Shown here one piece after another: positions 35,557 through 45,600 of a stretch of 51,139 nucleotides of DNA. Position 1 is the stretch's first letter. Each line of letters begins with the position of its first letter. The notes below the pieces were generated by a model that saw only the letters and a program-made list of their open reading frames with translations, was not told the DNA's origin and ran no database searches. The position numbers and the translations under genes are program-made. The DNA is from a virus (Duplodnaviria > Caudoviricetes): positions 1 through 51,139 of the IMG/VR virus record IMGVR_UViG_3300048886_000450; one strand, 5' to 3'.

Positions 35557-36330
35557 TCAATCTTTCCACTTATCAGGAAGTAGATCAATACAAGACAGCG
35601 CTCTAGCACGTTTCTTTATGTGCCTTTTAGCCGCAGGCTTATTCTTTGCTCTACCGAAGGCTTGTATAGCATTCTTTAAATCACCGACATCACGAATCGG
35701 GTATGACCCGTCAGGCATCGCAATACCCTCCTTCGCATACTCAGAACGTCGCTCATTTGTATAGAACCGCTTTCCGGCCACCAAACCTCCACCCGGCAAC
35801 GTCTCAATTCCTCGTACTCCACGATTGATCAAAGGCTCCCAATTTCTTTGTGTTGCCTTTGGCAAATTGATTATCCGTCTACGGCGACGCATCGTGGGTG
35901 TATCTATAACCAGACGCCTCTTATTTGGAGAACTTCTAACAGCGCTGAACTCCTCCATCGTCTCGCACGGCATCCATTTGCCGACCCCATGTTGATGTGC
36001 CCCAGCACAACCCAAAGGACCAGCGGCGTCTTCCGCTTCTGCACGGGTTCTGAAAACCAGTTTCTTGTCAGCATCATTTACTTTTGTTTCAGCACAACCC
36101 TCACAACAAGCAGACTTTTCTTTTCCATCTCTTGCTTCCCGATATGCCTTCGATCCCTTTTTGATGAGAATCACCAACAACTTTTCGGATTCGCAAAGAC
36201 CCCAACCATCACCCTTCCGATGGGCACCGGTACAGCCAAGCATCTTCCCTACTTTAAGGGCTTGCTTCTTCGTGGGGAGAACCGTCTTAGCGACGGAATC
36301 TTTAGCCACCTTCTTCTCCATCATCAACAA
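35557..36330 (-). CDS. Basic head-region protein with two GC.GAH...W..C repeats and a C-terminal DGSYPI domain
   Basis: LGCTGAHRKGDGWGLC and LGCAGAHQHGVGKWMPC; GIAMPDGSYPIRDVGDLKNAI...HI.KRA...LLP..W. Confidence 0.75.
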   Translation of the reverse strand: MLMMEKKVAKDSVAKTVLPTKKQALKVGKMLGCTGAHRKGDGWGLCESEKLLVILIKKGSKAYREARDGKEKSACCEGCAETKVNDADKKLVFRTRAEAEDAAGPLGCAGAHQHGVGKWMPCETMEEFSAVRSSPNKRRLVIDTPTMRRRRRIINLPKATQRNWEPLINRGVRGIETLPGGGLVAGKRFYTNERRSEYAKEGIAMPDGSYPIRDVGDLKNAIQAFGRAKNKPAAKRHIKKRARALSCIDLLPDKWKD

Positions 36331-36610
36331 CTATTGTGCTTCTATGAGGCATCGCCCGTGCTGCTTCTAACAATTCGTCATACCTACTTACACTGACAGA
36401 CTCTTCCGCAGTATCCCGATAAGGACTCTCAGACATATTAATAAACGGAAGAGGCGTCTTCAAATGTTCCTCTCTCCATGTATCTGACGTACCAAAATAA
36501 TTTAACCAGTTATTAAGAACCCCTTCATGGTCTGCATAAATGGTAAATACGTTGTCTTCAACGGCCATGATGGCCCCACCACTACTTACTACATGATTGT
36601 CATAGTTCAT
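36302..36610 (-). CDS. Small acidic hypothetical protein coupled to the 1913-aa gene
   Basis: ATGA overlap at 36610-36607. Confidence 0.6.
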   Translation of the reverse strand: MNYDNHVVSSGGAIMAVEDNVFTIYADHEGVLNNWLNYFGTSDTWREEHLKTPLPFINMSESPYRDTAEESVSVSRYDELLEAARAMPHRSTIVVDDGEEGG

Positions 36611-39600
36611 ACAAGCCCCAAGTCTGACAATATCTCATCAACAGGAAGAACTCCGTTCGGAGCAACTGTATCAAATTGACTATTTAATGCTTGCCTCATC
36701 TGGTCAACACCAGCAAGATACTCCTGACGGTTTACCATTCGTTCACGCAAATTTGGATCATTTATCATTTCCTGTAACCGACTAAGCATTTCTGTAACCT
36801 GTTCACGCAAAGCCTCTTTTCGGGCAGGATCGGCAGCCACCACCCTTCTAATATCATTAAGTATTCCGTGATCCATTGAAAAATCACTATTTGCATATCT
36901 GTTTACACGACTCCTACTCGCCCTTCCAATCCGCGCCAGATCCGCTGGATACACATGACCTTTAATTGTCTCATTCCCATTAGCATCTGTAACTTTCTCA
37001 ATATTAATCATGCCATTTCCGTGGTGTCTGTCTGAAACCCCAAGAAACCAGTTAAGCATCATGTGTCCTACGCGGCCTTCCAGCATGGCGTCTTGCATCT
37101 CTACGCTGTATGTCGCAAGATTAAAACCGCTTGACAGATCTACATCATCGAAATCTTCGGCCCCATTCCAAGCATGTTCTAAAACAATCGCACGACCTGT
37201 CTCCCCCGTAGCAAATGCGGCTGGCCCCAGCCCATTCTGACGACGACCACGACCTAACATCTCACCATCCTCACGACCGGGCATTGTTGGAAGACCCATA
37301 CGGTGAGCAATTTCTATGCCAACCAATTCGGCTAATGCGTCATAATCTCCGTTATCTCTATTGGAACCGTGTTTAGAAATTTTGATAAACACACCCTCTC
37401 TTCCAACAGTCCCATCTGGCCTACGCTGGGCCAAAACATACGTTGTTCCGATATTGCCCTTATTGGCCGCGACAAGTAGAAATCGATCATCTCCAATAGT
37501 CGCATTGTCTGCTCTAGCGGGACCATTACTTTCACCATCCGGATAAGTCAAACCAGCAGCATTATTCAAAATAGCGTTACCTAAAAAGGCATCAGGCACA
37601 TCCGACAAGTCTCCTCCACCACGAACATGCCGATCAGCATCCAATTGAACATTCATTCCATAATGGCCAACCGGAACAGAATCAATAACAACATTGCCTT
37701 GATCGTCTATATGACCCGGCAAACCCAATCCAGCAGGGCGAGGTCGTGGGTTGGCTCCTCCACCCAGCCTCCCCGGCAAAACCCGATCAGGATTATGCAC
37801 GACACCGTTTCCGATATCGACGGGGTCAACACGATCTCCAAGCGCCACATTCCTTCGGTACGATATTAAATCTTGGTGCAGTTGACCCATCGCTGCTTTA
37901 GATTCTTCTCTCCGTTGCTGCAATGTCGCGAGATTGGACACTCTAGGAAGATTTTCTAGTTCGTTCAGTATTTCCTGAACTTCAGCAAGATGAACATCAA
38001 CTTGATTTTCAAATGCCTCATCAGCATTATCTAAACTATTTCGTATCTCTCTTATGCGAGGTTCAAACTCGTCCAAAACTTCCCGAACCACCTGAGCATG
38101 AACACGCTGTTCATTGGCACGCACAAGTGAGTTAATGTCCGATTCAAGGGCAACCTTCCTATCAATCAAGGCTTGTAGGTCAGGATCAGGATTATTTGCT
38201 CCCATCCGGGGTAAAGCAGCCCGATCCAATATCCCATTTTGTATGTCAATTAGGTCTCGTGCCATCTCCATTGGGACATCAGCATCCTCAGGCATATTAT
38301 TGATATGCCTTTCGATCTCTCTGAACCTTGGTTCATTCGCATTCACAAAGTCCCGGTTCATGCGAAAGATTTGACGCTTCTGAACGACTTCTTTCTTTCT
38401 ATGCAGCGCCGCCAAAATTTCTCTACCCCTCTCGGCCACCGCTTCAAAATCGGAGGGTGCTTCGCCTTCATCGGGATCCCAATTATGAGGCCGCAGATTC
38501 TGCAAATGCTGGTTCAGAACAATCTCATCTGCGACGATACGAGCCAAAACTGCTTCATCATCCATGTTGTTCGCTACCGCATCATCCAAATCGGCTTCAT
38601 CCCAGCCCCGATTGAATGCCCCAACTTCCCTGTGAGCCGCCACAAGTTGTTGATGCCTTGTACGGCGCTGTGCAGCCTGCGCGTCGATACGCTCTTGACG
38701 CCTCTGACGCTCCGCAGGAAGTTTATTTTCTTTCAGATTACGCAACGACCTCTTTATACCTTGCAGTTTTCGACGTTCATCTTGCCTCTGCCCTCGTGGA
38801 AGCAACGCGAGCCGCCGGTCGATATCCAGTAAGGCACGGTCAACATTCGCCTCATGCCCTTCTATTTTCGCTACACCATCACGGAAGCCGTCGTTTCGTC
38901 GCGTCGGCCTTCCATTCCGCATACCGATCGCACGTTGAATCTTTTTGATATCAACCTTGTAGTTGTATACGGCATCAGGATTGGAATCCAGCCGACGATT
39001 CTGTTGACGGATACCGCCTACAGGAGAAATGTCCGTCGCTACCTCAGGTGTCTCCGGATCTGGTTGATCCACAACACCCTCAGGACGATCATCCGCATAA
39101 GGTGCGTCTAGACGATCAGGATGTCTAACAATCATTCCACCAGAACCACGAAGCCGTGGTTGTTCCGGGTCCATAGGACGCGCAGCAGCCTGCTCATCCC
39201 ACAAATCGTTATAGCGCCTAGCGACCCAATCGGGAATATTTGGTTGGTTATCGTAGTTGTTACGAAGTACCTGCATCTCGTCCCGAAGTTCCAGATGATC
39301 CATTTGATTGACAGGACGGCCATGCTCTTCAGGCACCGGTACACCATCCGCGTCAACAAGCAACCGATCTATCACCGGCTCCTCCGCTACCCCTTCGTCA
39401 AACGCTTCCCTGCCATTCCGCATGGCTATGGCCCGCGCCAACTCGGAAGCAGCAGTTCGACGCCTTAAGACATCACCAGAATCATCAAAATTTAGAATGT
39501 GGTTTCGTTGACGCTCAACCCACTCCGCCAACTCATCGTCATCCATATTGGCAAGTATTTCCATACGTTCACGATGGTACCGATTTACATCATCCCCCTC

Positions 39601-42348
39601 CATCTCTGCCATCAATTCTCCATGACGATCGGCAAAGCGCCGCATCAAATCTCTATCTTCGTTATCGCCAACAGGATCAGCCTGCACCGCTGCAATTATC
39701 CTCTCAGCCAAACCCGAACGATCCAGTTCCTCTAACCCATCACCAAGATCTTCTGGTCTGCCAGCCTCACGACCTTCATCACCCATATGCATCCGGACGT
39801 ACCTTTTGGCACGAGACACACCTCCTTGATTGGGTCGTGGACCTAGCGCTTCCGTTGGCCACTCATCATTCAAAATCTGTGCCCGCTGCTTGTCATTCAA
39901 ACTGGCGATACTTTCCCTACGCTGGCGTCGGCTTTCCGGATCAAGATTGGGGCTGTCCCAATTCAAAAACTTGATTGCAGGAACACCCTCTGGAACATCT
40001 ATTTCATCTCTGGTGTCTTGCCGTGGATCAGTATCACCACGTTCCGGATTTACATTTAGCCTCCGCAACTCGTTCAAACGAGCCTGATAAGAACGCCTCA
40101 AACGACCATGCACAAGCCCGTCTTGAACATCCACAGCGTTCTCAACAGCCTCCGCCAGATGTTCCAACCGCTCCAACTCAAATTCCGGCTCTTCCGCAAC
40201 GGCTTGGACAAACCTCTGAACCTCCGCCTCCGTCCAGTCGATGTCCCCATCTACGCCCAGTTCGATCTGGTGTCGAATCCCATCCATAATGATTTCGTCG
40301 CCAGATCTAACCCCCGACGGGAGACCGCCTCCTTGACTTTCAGGAGTCGCCGGAGCCACGCCACCGGCACCGTCACGCTGCAACCTTGCTGCTAGATCGC
40401 CTTCTCCGACAAAGTTGTTGTAGCGCTGGAATTCTTCGGCATAAGCCGCCGCCACATAAACACCTTCCTCGTCCATTGGTTCAGGACCAGCGGCTTCCGG
40501 CCACCCCGCAAGGACATCCGTGCCATCAGGACCAAGATGTTCCTCCGCACGCATACCTGCGGCACTGTCGATTATTTGCTGACGCTCCTCCGGAGACAAA
40601 TTCCGTATGATCTCTTGTCTACGGCTATCCGCTTCTACATCGAAGTTCTCCCATGGGTTGTTGGGATCTTGGCCAGTGAACTCATAGCCACGCCCTTCAG
40701 GTGTAGCATTCGCATCCCGCCTATTACTTTGTTCTTGAAGTATCAAGTATCGTTGATTGAATAGCCGACGGCCCTCATCGTCATCCATAAGCGAAACGCC
40801 TTCTGGGAGGAGCGCAATCCTCTCTTCAATATGACGCTGGAGTAAGACGCGATCTTCTTCAATCTCTTCATCTGACATGCCCCGGATAGTGCGGCGGCGA
40901 CTTTCTAGTGATGCCATTTGACGCCACTCCTGACGCATCTCAGTATCCATATTGTCGATACGAAGACCCGCCGCTTCAAAGCCGGAATCATTATCTGTAA
41001 TTATGTCCCAAAGCGCTTGTTGATCGGCTTGCGTTAACAAATATTCCATTGCCTCAGGACGCATACGAACACGCTCTGGTTCCTCGTCTGGAAGGTCAGC
41101 CTCAGGATCAGGAGGACCGCCTCCTTGACTTTCAGGAGTTTCAGGAAGATCATCTGGACCAAACTCGGCAGCCCTACGACGAGCCTCCGTAGCCTCCTCA
41201 GCGGCCGCACGACTATCCCTCTCTGCTATCAGCCGGTCGTAATAATCCGGGTCATGACTACGCGTGTCACCGTCAATCGGACGCATTCCAGCACCCGGTC
41301 GATCCCTCTCTCTCAAACCCTCTTGCGTCCTGATGTGTTGAGCAATCTGCTCATCAGTAGCATTAGAAACGTTGATTAATTGTCCTTGTCCGGGCCGGTG
41401 ATCGCCCGGACGGCCACCGGGCGTTACCCCGGTACCCGGCCTATCCGCTGATTCAGGAACCAAATCCTCTACCGCTTCCGCCACATCCTCCGTAGCCTCC
41501 TCAGCGGCCTCCTCCTGACCCGGAACAACAACCTCTCCCTCAATCAGTGAATTAATAAACGCTTCCCGATACTCCGGATCCTCACGCAACCGACGCTCAT
41601 GCTCTTCTAAATCCACACCATCCGGCAAACCAATCTCATCGAATTCTGCTTCCCTCTCCCAGTCAGGCTCATTGCCAGCAGCATCACCGGCTTGACGACG
41701 CTCCCCCTCCAACCGCAATGCTTTCCGCACCGCAGCAAGAGCCGGATCACCGTCTCTCTGCTTTACCCCACTAAATCCTTCAATAAACCCATCCCAAAAC
41801 CCCCGATAGTCCTCGTCCATAGGATGATCACCACGAGCAGCCTCAGCGGCAAGCAAACGCTCACGGCTTCCCTCACTAACAGCAGCATCAATACGAGCAA
41901 TCAACTCATCCAAGTTTTCAATTTCACTAGCCCTCGCCTCTTGGCGATCTGCTCTAGCCAAACGCCTATCAGCACGACGCAACCGGCGCTGGCCGCGCCT
42001 AGCCAGCCGTCCCTCACGACCACGCGCACCTACAGAACGATCACCCGGCTTGTAATCAATATCATTCCCATCCCCATCAACCAGACGCGACGCAGACGGG
42101 ATAGACCTCAAACCAGCAGCCAACTCTTCTCCAAGTTTGCTGAGAAAACGGCTACCAGCAGGACGCTCCCAAATCGTGCCCTCCTGAACCAACCCGTCAC
42201 CATCTGCATCACGGGCACCAGCCTCATAAGGAACAACCTTAGGAACCGCCCTCAATGGATTGCGAATCTTTACTTCAAACTCAGCCTGATCAAATAGACG
42301 CGCACGAATCCCTACCTCATTGACATGCGATTCACGATTCAAATTCAT
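36607..42348 (-). CDS. Giant head-region protein with C-terminal HipA/PI3-4-kinase-like domain
   Basis: 1913 aa, largely D/E/R-rich; C-terminal GNIGTTY, VFIK, AELVG.EIA..MGLP, NWFLGVSDRHHGN, PADL. Confidence 0.75.
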   Translation of the reverse strand: MNLNRESHVNEVGIRARLFDQAEFEVKIRNPLRAVPKVVPYEAGARDADGDGLVQEGTIWERPAGSRFLSKLGEELAAGLRSIPSASRLVDGDGNDIDYKPGDRSVGARGREGRLARRGQRRLRRADRRLARADRQEARASEIENLDELIARIDAAVSEGSRERLLAAEAARGDHPMDEDYRGFWDGFIEGFSGVKQRDGDPALAAVRKALRLEGERRQAGDAAGNEPDWEREAEFDEIGLPDGVDLEEHERRLREDPEYREAFINSLIEGEVVVPGQEEAAEEATEDVAEAVEDLVPESADRPGTGVTPGGRPGDHRPGQGQLINVSNATDEQIAQHIRTQEGLRERDRPGAGMRPIDGDTRSHDPDYYDRLIAERDSRAAAEEATEARRRAAEFGPDDLPETPESQGGGPPDPEADLPDEEPERVRMRPEAMEYLLTQADQQALWDIITDNDSGFEAAGLRIDNMDTEMRQEWRQMASLESRRRTIRGMSDEEIEEDRVLLQRHIEERIALLPEGVSLMDDDEGRRLFNQRYLILQEQSNRRDANATPEGRGYEFTGQDPNNPWENFDVEADSRRQEIIRNLSPEERQQIIDSAAGMRAEEHLGPDGTDVLAGWPEAAGPEPMDEEGVYVAAAYAEEFQRYNNFVGEGDLAARLQRDGAGGVAPATPESQGGGLPSGVRSGDEIIMDGIRHQIELGVDGDIDWTEAEVQRFVQAVAEEPEFELERLEHLAEAVENAVDVQDGLVHGRLRRSYQARLNELRRLNVNPERGDTDPRQDTRDEIDVPEGVPAIKFLNWDSPNLDPESRRQRRESIASLNDKQRAQILNDEWPTEALGPRPNQGGVSRAKRYVRMHMGDEGREAGRPEDLGDGLEELDRSGLAERIIAAVQADPVGDNEDRDLMRRFADRHGELMAEMEGDDVNRYHRERMEILANMDDDELAEWVERQRNHILNFDDSGDVLRRRTAASELARAIAMRNGREAFDEGVAEEPVIDRLLVDADGVPVPEEHGRPVNQMDHLELRDEMQVLRNNYDNQPNIPDWVARRYNDLWDEQAAARPMDPEQPRLRGSGGMIVRHPDRLDAPYADDRPEGVVDQPDPETPEVATDISPVGGIRQQNRRLDSNPDAVYNYKVDIKKIQRAIGMRNGRPTRRNDGFRDGVAKIEGHEANVDRALLDIDRRLALLPRGQRQDERRKLQGIKRSLRNLKENKLPAERQRRQERIDAQAAQRRTRHQQLVAAHREVGAFNRGWDEADLDDAVANNMDDEAVLARIVADEIVLNQHLQNLRPHNWDPDEGEAPSDFEAVAERGREILAALHRKKEVVQKRQIFRMNRDFVNANEPRFREIERHINNMPEDADVPMEMARDLIDIQNGILDRAALPRMGANNPDPDLQALIDRKVALESDINSLVRANEQRVHAQVVREVLDEFEPRIREIRNSLDNADEAFENQVDVHLAEVQEILNELENLPRVSNLATLQQRREESKAAMGQLHQDLISYRRNVALGDRVDPVDIGNGVVHNPDRVLPGRLGGGANPRPRPAGLGLPGHIDDQGNVVIDSVPVGHYGMNVQLDADRHVRGGGDLSDVPDAFLGNAILNNAAGLTYPDGESNGPARADNATIGDDRFLLVAANKGNIGTTYVLAQRRPDGTVGREGVFIKISKHGSNRDNGDYDALAELVGIEIAHRMGLPTMPGREDGEMLGRGRRQNGLGPAAFATGETGRAIVLEHAWNGAEDFDDVDLSSGFNLATYSVEMQDAMLEGRVGHMMLNWFLGVSDRHHGNGMINIEKVTDANGNETIKGHVYPADLARIGRASRSRVNRYANSDFSMDHGILNDIRRVVAADPARKEALREQVTEMLSRLQEMINDPNLRERMVNRQEYLAGVDQMRQALNSQFDTVAPNGVLPVDEILSDLGLV

Positions 42349-42608
42349 GTTCCGTCGTCCTCCGCCTCTTCCGCCTCAGGCAGATTCGCCAATGCTTCCG
42401 GATAAAGAATTTGTAAATCCTCCATGCCGCGATCCGTGGACAAATGGAACCGCGCCAACATCAACGCTTCTTCTCTGTCCAATTCTTTAGGTAGATCATC
42501 TAGCACATAGTTGGCTACAAGTTCTACAATACTCAACCTTTGAGGGTTATTGCGAGCAGTGACATACTCCTGCATTTTGGTGAGAGTTTCTTCGCTTACT
42601 TTACCCAT
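42345..42608 (-). CDS. Small acidic helical protein coupled between the two giant genes
   Basis: Starts 1 nt after the 2083-aa stop; ATGA overlap with the 1913-aa start. Confidence 0.7.
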   Translation of the reverse strand: MGKVSEETLTKMQEYVTARNNPQRLSIVELVANYVLDDLPKELDREEALMLARFHLSTDRGMEDLQILYPEALANLPEAEEAEDDGT

Positions 42609-42609
42609 A

Positions 42610-45600
42610 TCAAACTACCGACCTTCCTAGCGCATCAGGCCGTCGCGCTCCTGCTGGGGCAGCACGATCATAAGCATCCACAAGCGCCTCGTAACGCTCC
42701 CTTATCTCATCAGGAATATTGATGAGGTGGCGGTTGTTCCACCTACTAAGCATTGACGCCATCTCAGCCCACATCTCCCGATGAGTCATCGCTTCTAGTG
42801 AGGGGCGGAGCGGAGCGAACCTGTCGGGAACTATGCCGTCCTCACCCGGACGATAAGCCGACCTTCCTACATATATTCTCTGCACATCCGCACCCGAACC
42901 AATTTCTCGGAAGAGTTTCGTTGTTGGACCGTCTTCCGGACGAACACGCTGATATTCCTCATACAACGCATCAAAACGATTTACCACATCTGGATCAATT
43001 GATTGTCGGCCATCCCACTCTTGACGAATGGCATCCATCTCAGCCATCATCTCATCAGGGTCCATGCCAATCGGTTGAACCCGTGCTGCAAGAAGTCGAT
43101 CGTGTGATTCTGTCCATGGTGGCTCAAGACCATCAACCGCACGGCCACCGCCGTGGCGAGGCATCCCGTGATCCAAGCGCCACGCTTCCCTCATCGGCTC
43201 TGACCAACCGTCTTGTTCGTCAGCGGCATAGCGTTGTCCCACTCCGGCCCTCCATCCGGGGCCTACCTCATCCACCGGGTTCGGAGTCTCAGGAGTCGGA
43301 GATCGGGGACGATCCGCTTCCGGAATCTGTCGTTGATCCGCACGAATAGAAGCAATCGTTTCACCAAAAATGCGAGCAATCTCCCCCTCACCAATAACAA
43401 AAGAACTAGAATTTGTCGCGGGAGAATACGCTGTACCATCAACTGTCTCCCTTTGTACCCACCATTGTCCGTATTTGGTGCCTATAGCACCCGGAAACTG
43501 GTTTTCCCCCAAAGGTCTACCAGCGGTATCTAACCGCTCCCACGGGTGACGACCTTCAGCCGCCAAAATAGAATGCCCCATCATCACAGTGGCATTTGCA
43601 GGATCACGATAATACGCCCCAACGAGGCGTTCCGCTTCATCCCTCATGTTTTGACTTTGAAGAATAGTTTCTGCGCCTGCATCGAAATTACTAACCTCTT
43701 TTTGAAGGAAATGAACCATTCCCTTCGCTGCGGTACGATCATCGAAACCGTGTCGTCCCCAAATGACAGGACCATCGGTGACCGGACCAACACTGACCTT
43801 CCGTGCCAACCCTGTCTCAACTAAACTAGCCCACGCATGATTGTTGTAAATAGTCGCAAAACCAAGACCCTTAGCACCATGGTTGTACATTGTTCCATTG
43901 CTGATAGTTCCAGATCCATCACCCTTCAAATATACTGAACGACTTGTAGAACCAGTAGAATCCCAATCACCCCATGAGCCATCATCATTTCTTTTTCTCA
44001 TATAGATGTTGGAACTAAACGAAGCCGTAATTGTCCCACCACTTTTACTAATACTTACATCTGGTCTTGAACCAGAACCATTCGCGGCAATCATGAATTC
44101 AGCATTGGGATTACCCGGTGCGGTAAACCGATAATCAACCCCCAATAAATATGCTTCCGCTATCAATTCCTTAACTGCTTCTCTCCGCTCCCCTGTCAAA
44201 TTGCGACCCTCTGCAAATACGTCCCTGTCCAAACCAAAGTCTTCTAAACCAAACCTTCCGGGGCGTCCAAGTCGTGCAGCACGCTCACCGACAACAGCGC
44301 GAATCTTATTCATTCGCCTACCCATGATCGCTTGCGAAACAGACTGAAGCCACGGCAAATCACGATCCGGAACACCGGGTTCATTAGCAGGATTTGCCCT
44401 TTGAATAGCGTTGCGATCCCAATTGTCTAAAACCTGAATAATCTCATTCAAAGCGTCAGGAGGACCACCGGCACCTGACCGCCTTACGTCTTGCAAATGA
44501 CGAACCATCTGCGTCAACACTCGCTCTTCAAGCAACTCGCCAGAATCAGGACTTCCAGCGGCTTCCCACTCCCTGCGCCTACGAACAGCCAAATCGTTCC
44601 ATTCAACGCTGTATGCTCTTGCCGCTACCTCTCTGCCATTCAAAGTTTCTAAACGCTGCCGAAGAATAGCCAACTGCTCCGGGTTGTCTCCCTCCATGGT
44701 CGCCAACTTTGTGCGAATGGCAGACAAAATGTCATCTATATGATCAGAGTCCGGAACCGGAGGATCATCACCCCAAATATCTGCACCTAAAAGAATGCTT
44801 GCTGGATTATCTATTGCTTGCTGATCTCCCCTAAACCAATCCACCGCACTACGAATTGGATACAACAGTCGCTCTCCTGCACCGTCACGGCTATGTTGGG
44901 CTTCCATCGCTGCCCAATCATTGAACACCTGCTGTAATGCTTCTTCACCTATTTGGTCAATAATTCGCTGCCGGACCTTTTCCACAACCCGCTGGGCAGG
45001 ACGTTCACTATCTGAAACAGCAGCAATGCGGCCTTCTGCATCCAACACACGCTGCTGCGGGTCCGAAGGAGTCGGAGGAGGAGTCGGAGGAATTGTCGTC
45101 GCTTGCTCCGGTGCATCGGGTGTCTCCGGCCCGCGCGTCTGGCGCTCTTGAAGTTCTCTGCTCCGTAGACGGTCATAAATACCGGGGTTCTCAACATTGT
45201 CCAACTGATTAGGCGGAGGCATGTGATTCATGAGCAATCGTGCTTCTGCACGCATGTCGTCATCCCATTCTTCACGAGTCAACAAGTCTTCCGCTGCGGC
45301 GACCAAACGCTCTCTATCTGCACGCCGTTCGCCGGGTTCAGCAGGGGAATTGAACCGCTCCGCTAGTTTCTGAATTTGATCCACCGACAGGCGATCGCCG
45401 TCAACGACGGCAGGTTTCAGCGCCGCCTCCAACTCGTCGTACCGCTGGGCGGCCAAAAACTCACGATCCAGTATGTCGGGGAAGACAGCGTCAATCTCGT
45501 CCATCTCGGCTTGGATGGCCTCTTGAGACATATCAACCGGTCTGTTGGGATAAGCCTCCGCCATCACTTCAGATATATCTCGGACATCGTCCGGAGCCAG

